Source: Octopus sinensis (Eukaryota). Taken from it: DNA of 64,000 nucleotides. The DNA is taken from positions 50,654,001-50,718,000 of the forward strand of contig NC_043013.1 in assembly GCF_006345805.1 (NCBI RefSeq), read 5' to 3'. Below the pieces are notes generated by a model. It ran no database searches, was not told where the DNA came from, and worked only from the letters and a program-made list of their open reading frames with translations. A program made the position numbers and the translations under genes. Positions within the stretch are counted from its first letter, which is position 1, and the number at the start of each line of letters is the position of its first letter. Positions 50,243 to 63,182 of the stretch are shown here, in pieces.

Positions 50243-51180
50243 GTGGATTGTATCCCTGGTTTTTTATGTGCTTAGCCACTTGGTGTTAAATTGATGGTAT
50301 TATTAAATTAATATCAAATTTTTTACCCTCATTTATGAATACATATATATTTATATAAATTTATATTAAATTGAAATTATTGAATCTATGCCATATGTCC
50401 TGATATTACCCATGGTGGCCAAAGTATGCTTTGAAAATTACTCATTATATGATGAAAAACACTGTACTTTCATACAGTTTCTGTCCCTGAGATGGATATC
50501 GGTAAATTGACTCGATATGTCTGAGGTGAAACTCTGATCAATTTGGTTAGTTTCTTCTTCTAAGATCTCTTAGAACTCTTCAAATGATTACATGTTCGGC
50601 TTCTCTGGCTGATACTCTTTGAGGAAGTTGTCTGATTGCTTAGCAGTCTCGTGTGTAGACGTATCAAGAAATAATGGATAGGAAATAGCTGTTTTCTTTG
50701 AGTATATTTACATTTCCATAACTGTATGCTGGCGGGCAGCGGGGTGGAGTGCGTTGGTGGTATTTTCCTTCTATGCGGGGGAGTCGAGGGAATTCTATTT
50801 GTGCGTCATATAATGGTAATTAATTTTAAGTTTAATTTTTTTAATTGGGTGGAGTCTTTTCTAAATATTTATGAATTTCTTTCTGCCATTGAGTAAAATG
50901 TTGATTTTTGCAAATATTTGTTTTAATCCATAATTATAAATATGATACACTTGTTTTATATTTTTTTTTATTATGATTTTATTGTTAATTTTTCAAAATC
51001 CTGCAGTGCTTGTTTTAGTATTATATTGAGTATGAAGGCATGTAGTTTAGCGGTTAGGGTATTTGGCCCGTGATCACAAGGTCACAACTGTGATACTTGG
51101 TGGCGCCTTGTATTATTGAGTCCTTGAGCAAGACACTTTATTTCATGGTGCTCCAGTCCACTCGGCTAGTAAAAATGAGT

Positions 51181-51297
<117 letters not shown>

Positions 51298-51299
51298 TC

Positions 51300-51501
51300 C
51301 TTTTCTTTTCTTCTTTTACTTTTTCTTTCATTTGACTTTGGCCATTCTGGATCCCCACCTTTAGTCGAACAAATTGACCTCAGGACTTATTCTTTGTCCG
51401 GCTTGTACTTATTCTATTGAATCGCTTAGTGACAGGGATGGAAACACACCAACATCAGTTGTCAAGCAATGGTGGGGGGACAAGCATACACACACACACA
51501 A

Positions 51502-51555
<54 letters not shown>

Positions 51556-52130
51556 TTTGATAGGTTTCGGCCATTATTGGCCCAGGCCATGTCTAACTTA
51601 ATAGCACCACCTGATAGGCTTCTTTCAGTTTCCGTCTACCAAATCCACTTACAAGGCTTTGGTCAGCCCAAGGCTATAGTAGGAGACACTTGCCTATGGT
51701 GCCATGCTGTGGAATTGAACCTGGAACCATGTGGTTGGGAAGTAAGCTTCTTACCAAATGGCTTTACCTATGCATGTCTTTTATCTTCAATTTTCCACTT
51801 GTTTCAGTCATTTAAACCGTGGCCATGCTGGAGCACTGCTTTAAAGAAGTTTTAGTTGAATGGATTGATCCTAGTACTTATTCTTTTTTAAGCCTGGTTC
51901 TTACTTTATCAGACCCTTTTGCTGAACTGTTAAGTTATGGTGATCCAAATACACATCACCATTTGTCAAATGGTTGTAGGAAAGATACACACACAACAGA
52001 CTTCTTTCAGTTTCCATTTACCAAATCCACCCACAAGGCTTTGGTCAGCCTGAGGCTATAGTAGAAGGTGCCACACAAGGACTGAACCCAGAACCATGTG
52101 GTTGGGAAGCAAACGTCTTGCCACACAGTG
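51300..52130 (-). mobile_element. Two adjacent degenerate family A SINEs
   Basis: Copies at ~51300-51770 and ~51780-52130. Confidence 0.7.
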
Positions 52131-53314
52131 CTGTGTTTCCGTTTTTTTTTTTCTTTTTGTATTTCTGAGGTTTCTCCAAGGATTGGTAAAATAATTTGCC
52201 TTTTATTCGGTTCTGTTTATGGTTTTGGTGATATTTCTGTCAAAATTTCAAATTCTGGTGGTATTGCCAACACCAATCCCTACAAATTATATATAATGGC
52301 AGGAAGAGATTGCTGAAGAATTAGCTGGAGAGAAATGAAATGGTATCAGAAAACTGGAAGAACATAAGTTATTTGGAAAGGTATTAACAAGATCACTGGT
52401 AGAGAAACAAACCAAAATCTAATTTGTTTTGACAGATTCCATCGAGGATTCTATACCGAAGATTCAGTGTTACTTTGAAATTTATTAACGCATTTGGCTT
52501 GTATTCCTGGTTTACTGGAACTTTTAGGTTTGACATTCAACCAAATTCCCAATATGGCAGGAATTGGCAAATGCATTGCTAAACTTTTGGCCAAACTAAA
52601 AATTGATTAGCCAATCAGAATAAAGATTGGTCCTCAGTGCAGAATTAAGCTTTTTACAGATATCTGCTCACAGAGCAACTATTTTAGATATTTTTTTAAA
52701 AATATTTTATCTAATTTTTTTTTTTTTTTTTTACCAAGCAGCTCACTGCAAGCAAACATTTCTGGGGAAAAAAGTGAGGTTTGCATTATCATATTTTCAT
52801 TAGCTTTTTCTAAATATTGCACAAATTTTCTTGTTTGTGTTTTGGGCCAAGAATTTCACTTGGCTTAATTCCTGACACAGTGAGAAATGGCAAACTCCAT
52901 GTTAAACTAAAAATAAATGGACCAGTCGTAATAAAGATAGGTTGTCAGTGCAGAATAAAGCTGTTTACAAATGTCTGCTCACAAATAGCAAAATATGCTC
53001 CTAATTCAATAAAATTATGAAGGTTAGTCTGATTGCTATGCATTAAATGCAAAATACTTTATTTATTTATTGTAGATTAGGTGGGCATAATTCATTCCTG
53101 CTTTTCAATCCCAGTATTTAAACTACACACAGAACTTCTGTAGTACACATGCTGCGTACACTCCTACAACACCATTTTCTATAAAATGCTATAAAGGCAG
53201 AAGTGAATCTGCCTTCAACTCAGTCGCGTACCTGTGTTTCATTTATTTTTTTGTGTGTTTTACTACATATAGGTCACCAACTGCCTACCCTGAGTATAAT
53301 TACTGACATACATC

Positions 53315-53710
53315 TCTTTTACTTGTTTCAGTCATCTGACTGTGGCCATGCTGGAGCACCGCCTTTAATCGAACAACTTGACCCTGGGACTTATTCTTTT
53401 GTAAGCCCAGTACTTATTCTATCGGTCTCTTTTGCTGAACCGCTAAGTAACGGAGACATAAACACACAGCATTGTTTGTCAAGCAATGCTAGAGGGACAA
53501 ACACAGACACACAAACACACACACATATATATATATGCATATATATGACGGGCTTCTTTCAGTTTCCGTCTACCAAATCCACTCACAAGGCTTTGGTCGG
53601 CCCGAGGCTATAGTAGAAGACACTTGCCCAAGGTGCCACGCACTGGGACTGAACCCGGAACCATGTGGTTGGCAGACAAGCTACTTACCACACAGCCACT
53701 CCTGCACCTA
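53315..53710 (-). mobile_element. SINE family A
   Basis: Reverse-complement match to family A. Confidence 0.87.
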
Positions 53711-54330
53711 TACACCGTCTTCATTATTCTAGACATCTATATTCTATGCATCTTCTTTGTTGTTTTTCAATTTCAAATTCAAACTTCTAATTGCACCATG
53801 ATTGATCTTAAAGTGATTATCTCCCTTATGATAACTAACTGCCTGGACATACCTCGTGTCTGGTTGACAAAGTTATGTCACTAGCTTTCTTTATAATTTT
53901 CAATATGAATCTAAAGAAAAGCAGTGCTTTTCAACAGAAATATTTTAACAAAAGCGTTACAGTAGTTTAAATTAAAACATTCCGTCAAAATTTCCTGTTA
54001 ATTCATTCTCCAAACATCAGTTTAACAATGAGAGTTACTTAAGTAAAAGCTTTATTATTTTCAAAATTAAATGGAACAAAGGCAGTAATTAAAACTTATA
54101 TCAAAATTTCTCGTTAGCTTATGTTTCAAACACCAGCTTAATAATAATAATTTTATTTTACTAAATTCTTTGTTATTTTCAAAACTAATTTAAATAAAGT
54201 CTGTATTTTAACAGAAATATGGTAACGAGAGGGTTAAAGTGATCGAAATTAAAACCTTCCATCAAAATTTCTTGTTAGCTTATGTTTCAAACACCAGCTT
54301 AATAATGACAGTTATTTCATTAAATTCTTC

Positions 54331-54799
54331 CAGTTCTATATTTAAGAGATGAGGAATTCTGTACATTATTTACATTATTTACAATTGACGGATATTTGTC
54401 CTCATCTTGTTTGTTGTTAACACAAAGTTTTGGCTGATATACCTACCAGCCTTCTTCAGGTGTCTTGGGGAAATTTCGAACTTGGGTTCTCATTCCTAAG
54501 GTATTTTTCGATATTTTTATCATTATCATTATTATTATCATTATTATTATTATTATATTATTATTATTATTCAGGTCACTGCCTGGAATCAAACTCGGAA
54601 TCTTGGGGTTAGTAGCTGGCGCTCTTGTCCACCATAATAATAATAATGATATCGAAAATACCTTAGGAATGAGAACCCAGGTTCAAAATTTCCCCAAGAC
54701 ACCTGAAGAAGGCAGGAGGGTATATCAGCCGAAACATTGTGTTAACAACAAACAAAATGAGGACAAATATCCGTCAAATGTAAATAATGTAAATAATGT
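54331..54799 (-). mobile_element. tRNA-headed, hammerhead-containing element with an inverted partial copy
   Basis: Minus strand: tRNA-like head (54633-54571, GAGTTTGATTCC), (AAT)n, body 54515-54331. Inverted body copy at 54651-54799. 12-bp flanking direct repeat ATTAAATTCTTC (54319-54330, 54800-54811). Confidence 0.65.
54698..54743 (+). ncRNA. Degenerate minimal hammerhead motif (mirror copy at 54419-54464, minus strand)
   Basis: GACAC-CUGAAGA-A-GGC[A/U]G...CAGCC-GAAA-C[A/U]UU/GUGUU. Each copy has different lesions. Confidence 0.5.
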
Positions 54800-54989
54800 A
54801 TTAAATTCTTCGTTATTTTCAAAATTAATTTAAATAAAGACTTTATTTTAACATAAAAATGGCACCAAAAGCATTGAAGTGATCTAAATTAAAAATATAC
54901 AACCATAATTTCATGTTAATTTATGGTCCAAACACCTGGTTAATAATGATAGTTATTTGACTCTTTTTTCCTTATTTTCATAATTAATT

Positions 54990-55690
54990 GAAACAAATGC
55001 AATGTAGAAATACAACAAACGAATTAAGAAGATTAATGTTTGTACAAAGTTTTGTAGAAAAGTTAATGGGTGAGACAATATCTTATGTTCTAGGAATTTG
55101 TTCCTGTGTTAAACTTCTTTTGCCAATTACCGATTCCATAATCATTAGAGATCACCTGTCAGAAGATTAGAGAAAGTCTACGTTGGTTACAATCCAAACA
55201 AAGCAAAAACAGTCTTCTACAGAATCATCGTTGATTGTCATTCATGCGTGTCAGTGCAAAACTCCTTATTGAGTGCTTCTCGAGAGATTGTAAAAAGAAG
55301 AATAAAAGAACTGATTGTGAGTTTCCCTCTAGCTTCAGGACAATTAGAAACACTACTGAACAAATGCTGTCATTAAGAATATAGATTAACACCTGCTACT
55401 CAGTAAATACAATTTTGTGGTTAAGATCGTAAGCATTTCTGAAGCATTTTGATTGTGTAAACAGAGCTTATTTCAGGGTATTTCTGTGAAGTGTGAAGTA
55501 AATTAATGGAATTGATATCTTGTACACTAATAACACTGCCTGTGTTTGTACATCTTCTGATAGCAATTATGAATTTGGTGTACATCAGGCAGGAGACACA
55601 CTTGCACATTACTTCATCATGAAGAATTATGTAATACCTGTGTGTGTTGTTTCCCACCTGGGGTATTCATGTATCTCCTCTACAGTAAGA
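54990..55690 (+). mobile_element. Old decayed non-LTR (RTE-like) reverse transcriptase
   Basis: In one frame with stops: KHFDCVNR (KAFD.V), IDILYTNNTACV, GVHQAGDTLAHYFI (GV.QGDTLAP.LFI). Confidence 0.6.
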
Positions 55691-55789
55691 AACCTGCATC
55701 TGTTCCCTCTATACCCCACTACTCAATACTATAGCCCCACCTTCCAGCGGAGGGGTTTTTGTCTTGCAAGGTACTTGGTCACTCTGCAG

Positions 55790-56140
55790 TGCTGGTGCAA
55801 TGTGAAAAGCACTGGTGCTGGTGCCACATAAAGAGCACTGGGGTTGGTGCCACATAAAGAGCACTGGGGTTGGTGCCACATAAAAAAGGCACTGGTGCTG
55901 GTGCTACGTAAAATGCACTAGTGCTGGTGCCACATTAAAAGCAGTAGTGCTGGTGCTATGTAAAAAAGCACCCTGTACACTCTGTAAAGTAGTTGGCATT
56001 AGGAAGGGCATCCAGCCTTATAAACCATGCCATAACAGACATTGGAGTTTTGTGTGGGCAGCCCAGACTTACCAGATACTGCTGACCTGTCCAACCCATG
56101 CCAGCATGGAAAACAAACGTTAAATGATGACGATGATGAT
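55790..56140 (+). mobile_element. RTE tail fragment with ~7 tandem 26-bp units
   Basis: (AAAGCACTGGTGCTGGTGCCACATA)n at 55806-55972, then the tail motif and (GAT)n. Confidence 0.82.
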
Positions 56141-56150
56141 TATATATATA

Positions 56151-56205
<55 letters not shown>

Positions 56206-56434
56206 CACACATAAATCCTCCCAAAATGAAGAACAAACACAAGAAAAACACAACAATGCAAGGATGTGGTACATGTAGAGTATTAGCTCAGGGAAGGAAA
56301 GAAAAGTGGTTTTATGTTTTGAGCAAAGCTCTTCGTTAGAAATAGGAGATGGAGGAAAAAAAATCGCCAATGATCCAGATGTGTTTACATTTTGAATATA
56401 TATATATGTAAGCATATACTCTTTTTTTTTTTTT

Positions 56435-56840
56435 ACTCTTTTACTTGTTTCCGTCATTTGACTGCGGCCATGCTGGAGCACTGCCTTTAGTCGAGCAAAT
56501 CGACCCCAGGACTTATTCTTTGTAAGCCTAGTACTTATTCTATCAGTCTCTTTTGCTGAACCGCTAAGTTACTGGGACGTAAATACACCAGCATCGGTTG
56601 TCAAGCGATGTTAGGGGGACAGACACAGACACACAAACACACACACACATATATATATATACATATACATATATACAACTGGCTTCTTTCAGTTTCCATC
56701 TACCAAATCCACTCACAAGGCTTTGGTCAACCCGAGGCTATAGTAGAAGACACTTGCCCAAGGTGCCACACAGTGGGACTGAACCCGGAACCATGTGGTT
56801 GGTAAGCAAGCTACTTACCACACAGCCAATCCTGCGCCTA
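56435..56840 (-). mobile_element. SINE family A
   Basis: Reverse-complement match to family A. Confidence 0.87.
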
Positions 56841-57323
56841 TATGTCAGCAAGAAGATAAATACACTGTCAACAAAAGTAGTTTTACTGCTGTAAAGTATC
56901 CTACATCAGATGTTGTTCAAGATGCTGTAATTTGAAGAGATAACCTCTTGGCAGTCGAAGACAGTTGACAAGTTTCAAAATTACATTTGTTTAAACAAAC
57001 ACCAATGAATCTTAACATCAAATTTATGCTTGTTCAAGACCTTAGCTCCACAGCTGTATGCATGTGTGTGTATATATATATATAATCATCATTATCTTAT
57101 GATGCCCTTCTTCAATGCTGGCATGGGTGGGTTGGTTGGTTTGAGAGGAGGCCTTGGCATGGTTTCTGTGGCTGATGTCCTTCCTAAATAGGATGTCCTT
57201 CTTAACACCAACAACTCTATAGAGTGTTCTTTGTACTCCATCTGGTGAGAGATAAATCTCCTTTAATAAATACAAGATTTAAATGTGAGCTACTGTAAGT
57301 TTCATGTTTGAATAGTACCTTAA

Positions 57324-57827
57324 CCCATTGCCTGTCATTGCCTGTCATAAGCCCCATTCAGGGATCTACTAAAAACAGTCTCGCTGCTGGTTGTTCGTTG
57401 TTTTTAAAGTGAATTGCTTATGTACATTGCATTTGCAGAGGTGTGTTTAACAATATTTCGTAGTGAAAGTTTGTCATTATTAGCTCTGGCTAATTCTAGA
57501 GGACATTTTATGTCACAAATCGCAATTTTTGAACCACAAAAATATTGACTGTTTTAAAAACGTTTTATTTTTTGCATTTCCCATTTATATCATTCATTGA
57601 TATTTCATATACATTCCCATTTGATACTATATGGTTTCTAAAAAACCAAAATGTTGTTATTGTAATTGAATAGAAAGGGATAAACATACTTTTTTTTTCG
57701 AAAAATTTATCATAATTTCCAAAATAATTCAGTTATGAAGAAAATTTAAATATTAGATATTATTTTAACTCCTAAGACACCCAGCAAAGCCAGAAAATAT
57801 GAAAGAAAAAATTTGGCAGTTAATGGG
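57324..57827. mobile_element. piggyBac-type MITE
   Basis: TTAA at 57320-57323 and 57828-57831, imperfect TIRs CCCATT.. / ..AATGGG. Confidence 0.65.
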
Positions 57828-58104
57828 TTAATCAGATGAGCTCATGGCATACTATAAATGCATATCTGATTACAGTTCAACCCAAGCATCAAAGTAGCTT
57901 ACATTTAAATCCTGTCTTTAGTAAATGCAATATATATATATTTAACACCTGCTGAGTGGTTGGTGTTAAGAAGGGCATACAGCTGTAAAAACCCTGCCAA
58001 AAATGTCACAGAAGTCTGGTGCAGGCTTCTGCCTGGCCGGCTCTTGTGAAACTATCCCACTCATGCTAGCATGCAAGGCAGATGTTAGTTAGTTAGTTAA
58101 TGTT

Positions 58105-58337
58105 TTGGCTCAAAAAGCAAAAAAAGCAAGGCCATGTAGGGGGACATGGAGTTATGTACAGGGTGGTGTTCATGTAAAGAGTTCAGGCCACTTGTGGTCA
58201 AGGAAGACTTTGAACCGAGCGGTCGTCGGCATCTTCACCATCTCGTCCGGCAGCTTATTCCACGGATCCGCAATCCGGATGGAGAAAGCTCCTCTCCTTC
58301 AATTAAGATGAAATCGTCGCAGATAGAGCTTTTCGGA
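58105..58337 (-). mobile_element. CR1-like LINE 3' fragment
   Basis: Minus strand GHSEKL...FSIRIADPWNKLPDEMV....RFKVFLD. Confidence 0.75.
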
Positions 58338-58821
58338 ATGACCCCACAGCTGACGGGGTTAAATGATGATGATGATATATGCGTGTGTGTGTGTGTGTAT
58401 TTGCGTTATGTCTGTTTTTCCAGGCTAGCATGGGTTAGATGAATATATTATTGAGGCACTGTTTTACAGCTGGATGTTCATCTTCTTGTTGCTAATTCTT
58501 CCTGGTTTTTCAAGAATAGGATCTCTTACTCCACATGTCTTTGGAAGCACAAAGTCAGTGATATTTTGGGAGAATCATAAATTGGTCTTGCTTGGGGATC
58601 CAGCCAGATTGATTCGAGATAGTTTCTTCTGACAAAACCTGATGGAAAGCATGCTTGAGGACTCTGCATTCGCAGGAATAACTGGGTAAAAAAGATGAGA
58701 TGAGATATTCAGGGTGTTTGGGCTGAATTTGACGATTTTCTTTTTATGTCAGCTTTTATCAGGAACAGATTCATGTGTTGGTGAACAGTCGACAGCGTTG
58801 GAGAGCATAAAGATTAAAGTT

Positions 58822-59255
58822 GTAGGCGTAGGAGTGGCTGTGTGGTAAGTAGCTTGCTTACCAACCACATGGTTCCGGGTTCAATCCTCCTACGTGGCAC
58901 CTTGGACAAGTGCCTTCTAGTATAGCCTTGGGCCGATCAAAGCCTTGTGAATGGATTTGGTAGATGGAAACTGAAATAAGCCCATCGTATATATGTATAT
59001 ATATATATATAGATATATATATATATGTATGTGTGTGTATATCTGTGTGTATATGTTTGTTCCCCCCCCCCATCGCTTGACAATCGATGCTGGTGTATTT
59101 ATGTCCCCGTAACTTAGCGGTTCGGCAAAAGAGACCGATAGAATAAGTACTAGGCTTACAAAGAATAAGTCATGGGGTCGATTTGCTCGACTAAAAGGCA
59201 CTGCTCCAGCATGGCCGCAGTCAAATGACTGAAACAGGTAAAAGAGTAAAAAGAG
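58822..59255 (+). mobile_element. SINE family A
   Basis: Match to family A. Confidence 0.87.
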
Positions 59256-59299
59256 TTGTAATTCGAAAAAAAGTTAGATGTCCTGGAGGACTGGAGGCC

Positions 59300-59990
59300 A
59301 TGTTAATATTAAAAATGAATTACTTGTATCTTGATGATTCAGACCAGGTATCAAACTGCTGACATCATGACTGCAGTTCAATGCTCTGACATGTGCAGCT
59401 GCAACGGAGACTACAAAGCTGTGACCAGCAGGAAGACACAAAACAGGGGGTCGGGTTGTGTCTGTATGTCTGAATTGATCTCCACACTTTTGATCAGGGT
59501 CTTAGGCCCAATTCAGATGGATATGTGAAGCCGCTGGAGATTGTGGTCAGTCCCTAGCTGGAGAGGGTCGCTGCTGGAAAGCCATATATGTGTGGTAGCA
59601 GGATTTGACTCCTTGCCATTCCTCTAGAAAGTGTCAGAAGTGGTTGTCAAAGAATTTCTATGACATCAGTGGCTCCAGTTTCTGGCCTCTTGATTCCCCT
59701 TAATTACATGGATTACTGTGTATGGGGGCATGATTGAGAAAGATACCAACTGCTCTGCCTGCAACACCAAAGCTGAGCTGGTTGCCAAGGTCATGGAGGA
59801 ATACATGCACGAATAACACATGCACCAAGATCCATATTTTGTCTTGAGGCCATGGCAGAATCTGAGGGTGGCTACTTTGTGTAAACTGTTACCTCCCAGC
59901 CACAATCTGATATTTTTTGAGTTTTTAAAATACGTTTTTTTTCTCCGATGAGGATTTGCGTTTTCGTAACTCATTTATGCTGACAATTTG
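59300..59990 (+). mobile_element. Decayed maT-like transposon
   Basis: LERVAAGKP..W.QD..PCHSSRKCQKWLSKNFYD and DY.VWG, homologous to 33864-34220. Confidence 0.65.
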
Positions 59991-60559
59991 AGTTCGAACA
60001 TCCTGTTGGACCAATTTTGCATATAAGACCCAGGAGGATTATTTTGGGGACATTTTTTGGGGGAAAACTGTGTCTTATATACCTCCAGATATGGTAATTG
60101 CACTATTATATAGACTTTCATAACTGAGAGCAACTTACATCTGATTTATTTTCAATGGACTTTCTATGAGAAGACCAAACAGACAACTGACCACTCATTC
60201 AAATCACAAAACTACAAAGCAAGCCATATTGTCTTGGAAAAACTTTGTGAAACGTATACTTTTCACGAGTTAACGAGGTTCTCTTAAGCAGGTGTTATCA
60301 TGAAATTTAATGAAGATGTTCACCTTGACTGTGTTGAGACCTTAGTGATGACCAATGTGAATAGTGAAAGTGGTCAGTACTGGTGTACTGGTCAGTACTG
60401 AGTGTACAGTACTGGTCAATACTGAGTGTACAGTATCTCTTCTTTTGTGGATTACCAGAGAAAAGTTTCCAAGAAGGTAAAGAACCCTGCTTCAGAACAA
60501 CTGGTTCTGTAACAGTCCACGCTGGTCAATAAGACGCCTTTCTCCTATTGGTGCAAGGC

Positions 60560-60780
60560 CTAAGATTTTGAAGTGGTAGTGGTGGAGGTGGTGGGGGCTA
60601 GTTGAGTACATTGACCATAGTGCTTGATTGGTATCTAGTTTAGTGACCTCGAAAGGATGAAAAAAAAAATGCATACCTCAGGAGAATTTGAACTCAGAAC
60701 CTAAAATTGAATGATATGCCTCTCCGCATTCTGACATGTTTTATGAGGATGATGAGGGCTTTGAATATGAACACAGATTG
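60560..60780 (-). mobile_element. Degenerate family B SINE
   Basis: CGAAAGGATGAAA...GAATTTGAACTCAGAAC in reverse orientation. Confidence 0.55.
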
Positions 60781-60909
60781 TTATATCCACCATATCTACC
60801 CACCACCATCGCCATCACTGTTGCCTCCACCACATTATGCCTCTGCCATTCCATCACTACAACCTGAGCCACGTCTATCTACCACCATTTCCATCAGCAC
60901 AATATTGAC

Positions 60910-61190
60910 ATGCACGTGTATGTTTATATGTGTGTGAATGTGTGTGTATGTATGAATGTGTGTGTGTATATATAAATGTATATGTGTACTGGAAATATAT
61001 AAATGTATGTGTATATATGTATAAAAATGTATGTGCATATACATATATGTGTATGTGTGTATGTACTTAAATATATATATATATATATCATATATATATG
61101 TATGTGTGTGTGTGCATATGTAATTATATATATATATATATGTATGTATATATGTGTATATATATATATATGTGTGTGTGTGCATATGTA

Positions 61191-61239
<49 letters not shown>

Positions 61240-61320
61240 GTGTATGTATATATATATGTGTGTGTGTGTTTGTGTATATATATTTATATGTGTATATATT
61301 TTATATGATGTTATAACTAT
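60910..61320. repeat. TA/TG mosaic microsatellite
   Basis: Directly visible. Confidence 0.95.
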
Positions 61321-62002
61321 TCAGATATTATACATCACACAGACACACACGCACACATCAGTGTGTGTGTACATGTAAACAAGTGTCAGAACTAATCGTC
61401 TATGTTGTTTACTACCGGGCATTTGGGAAGACAAAAAAAAATAAGGAGACATCAGCTGTTTGGCTGACACCCAAAATTCTTTAAGGACTTGCCTGCGAGA
61501 GGAATTGTCAAATGCTTTTGTAATTCCAAAATTCTGTATATTTGAAGACCTTTTTTGAGTCAGAAGCCACCACAATTGAGATCAAACAGCTCTGATTGGC
61601 TGGTTAATGGTTCACCCTCGTTGGTAAAAACATATAAACAACGCCTGTTGCTCCACTAATTCTCACTTTGTAAGTGTCTCCTTATGAAGTAAAATGATTA
61701 TTATTATTATTATTATTATTATTATTGTAATAGACATCCGGGTGGGGCATCTGTACATTTCATTGTGTTTTTCTCTCCTTAGTACTTGTACTCCACGTTG
61801 TGGGTGGTGCACAAAAGGAACATACTGTGTATTTGAAGATGTTAAATACCAGCTATCTATCATCTCATCTAATGAGCTCCAGTGTTTCAACCCGTTTAGT
61901 GTGTTTCAAAATAAAACTCATACTTGAAGGTTAACAGGTGCTTCTGCTGTTTCTACTAAAACATCCCCTGTTAGCTCCACTATATATATGTATATATATA
62001 CA

Positions 62003-62165
62003 CAGGCGTGGCTGTGCGGTAAGAAGCTTGCTTCCCAACCCCATGGTTTTAGGTTCAGTCCCATTACACAGCATCTTGAGCAAGTGTCTTCTACTGCACT
62101 CTCGGGCCGACCAAAGCCTTGTGAGTGGATTTTGTAGGCAGAAACTGAAAGCCCATAGTTTTTTT
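62003..62165 (+). mobile_element. SINE family A, 5' half
   Basis: Head and CORE-like part, then microsatellite. Confidence 0.75.
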
Positions 62166-62195
62166 GTATATATGTATGTATATATATATATATAT

Positions 62196-62227
<32 letters not shown>

Positions 62228-62323
62228 CATATATATATATACATATATATATGTATATGTAGGTCCCGGGTTGATTCGGGGTTAACCACAGTAAATAAGG
62301 TACTCAATACATAGTAGAGTAAA

Positions 62324-62471
62324 ATTAATTTATTATATAGAAGGAGCTTCTACAGGACTAGAACTGTTTCATTCAAGAGAAATCTTCAGGAAATCTTCAG
62401 GAGCTTCCTGAAGATTTCTCTTAAATGAAACAGTTCTAGTCCTGTAGAAGCTCCTTCTATATAATAAATTA

Positions 62472-62473
<2 letters not shown>
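62324..62473. repeat. PLE-like fold-back, 69-nt arms, 12-nt spacer (copy 1)
   Basis: Arms at 62324-62392 and 62405-62473. Confidence 0.92.
62400..62454 (+). ncRNA. Type I hammerhead ribozyme motif (copy 1; stem II weakened by G>A)
   Basis: GGAGCUUC-CUGAAGA-U-UUC-UCUU-AAA-U-GAAA-CAG-UUCUAGUC-CUG-UA/GAAGCUCC. Confidence 0.6.
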
Positions 62474-62524
<51 letters not shown>

Positions 62525-62525
<1 letters not shown>

Positions 62526-62890
62526 TAGCAGTATCGCCCGGCGTTGCTCGGGTTTGTAAGGGAAATAACTATAAAGCATTTTTAGAGAGTTATAGCCAAA
62601 AAATGGAAAAAAAAAATGATGGTAAATTTTTTTTTAGTTAAAAAGGTCGAGTTGCGTCCCCTAGACAGTCTGTGGTTTGTGTTTCTGATTCTCGACCCCA
62701 TGTCGAATTTATCGATTTGTTTCAGAACTGGGGGAACTTTTCAAAATTTTCGCTGTGTTAGTTTTGAATTATGACATTGGGCTATGTGTGTGTCAAGTTT
62801 CATCAGAATCGGTTGAAAGCCATGGTCAGGGTGAGGGTACAACCAAACAGACACACAGAAACACACACAGACAAACTGCCGTTTATATAG

Positions 62891-62895
<5 letters not shown>
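62525..62895 (-). mobile_element. Non-autonomous Helitron (copy 1)
   Basis: A|TC...CCCGAGCAACGCCGGG...CTAG|T on the minus strand. Confidence 0.88.
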
Positions 62896-62941
<46 letters not shown>

Positions 62942-63034
62942 CATATATATATACATATATATATGTATATGTAGGTCCCGGTTGATTCGGGGTTAACCAC
63001 AGTAAATAAGGTACTCAATACATAGTAGAGTAAA

Positions 63035-63182
63035 ATTAATTTATTATATAGAAGGAGCTTCTACAGGACTAGAACTGTTTCATTCAAGAGAAATCTTCAG
63101 GAAATCTTCAGGAGCTTCCTGAAGATTTCTCTTGAATGAAACAGTTCTAGTCCTGTAGAAGCTCCTTCTATATAATAAATTA

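Larger units (their letters stand above)
53930..55010. repeat. Tandem, diverged piggyBac-MITE-derived units interrupted by the 54331-54799 insertion
   Basis: Repeated AAATTAAAAC..TCAAAATTTC..GTTAGCTTATGTTTCAAACACCAGCTTAATAAT blocks. One intact end AAATATGGTAACGAGAGGG-TTAA at ~54238. Confidence 0.65.

Noticed and set aside
52170-52560. Possible exon (ISVKISNSGG...)
   Set aside because: All frames have stops. IWKGINKITGR fits the EN-RT linker of a decayed LINE.
55149-55683. Two apparent host exons with GTGAGT and GTAAGA donors
   Set aside because: The same stretch carries KAFD-like and QGDTLAP-like RT motifs in order with stops, so a decayed LINE explains it better.
55806-55972. CRISPR-like appearance of short regular repeats (also in RTE 3' UTRs)
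   Set aside because: The units are tandem without unique spacers, are embedded in LINE tails, have no cas genes nearby, and the context is eukaryotic.
61783-61929. Apparent exon (strong TTTTCTCTCCTTAG acceptor; CGWC / YCVF...LQC.NP, PSI/TIG-like)
   Set aside because: The domain-like frame ends in a stop and would need frameshifts. The other open frame resembles nothing I know. The minus strand weakly resembles an RTE C-terminus (L.G..HW..LDE.ID..Y). Not excluded, and RNA-seq would settle it.
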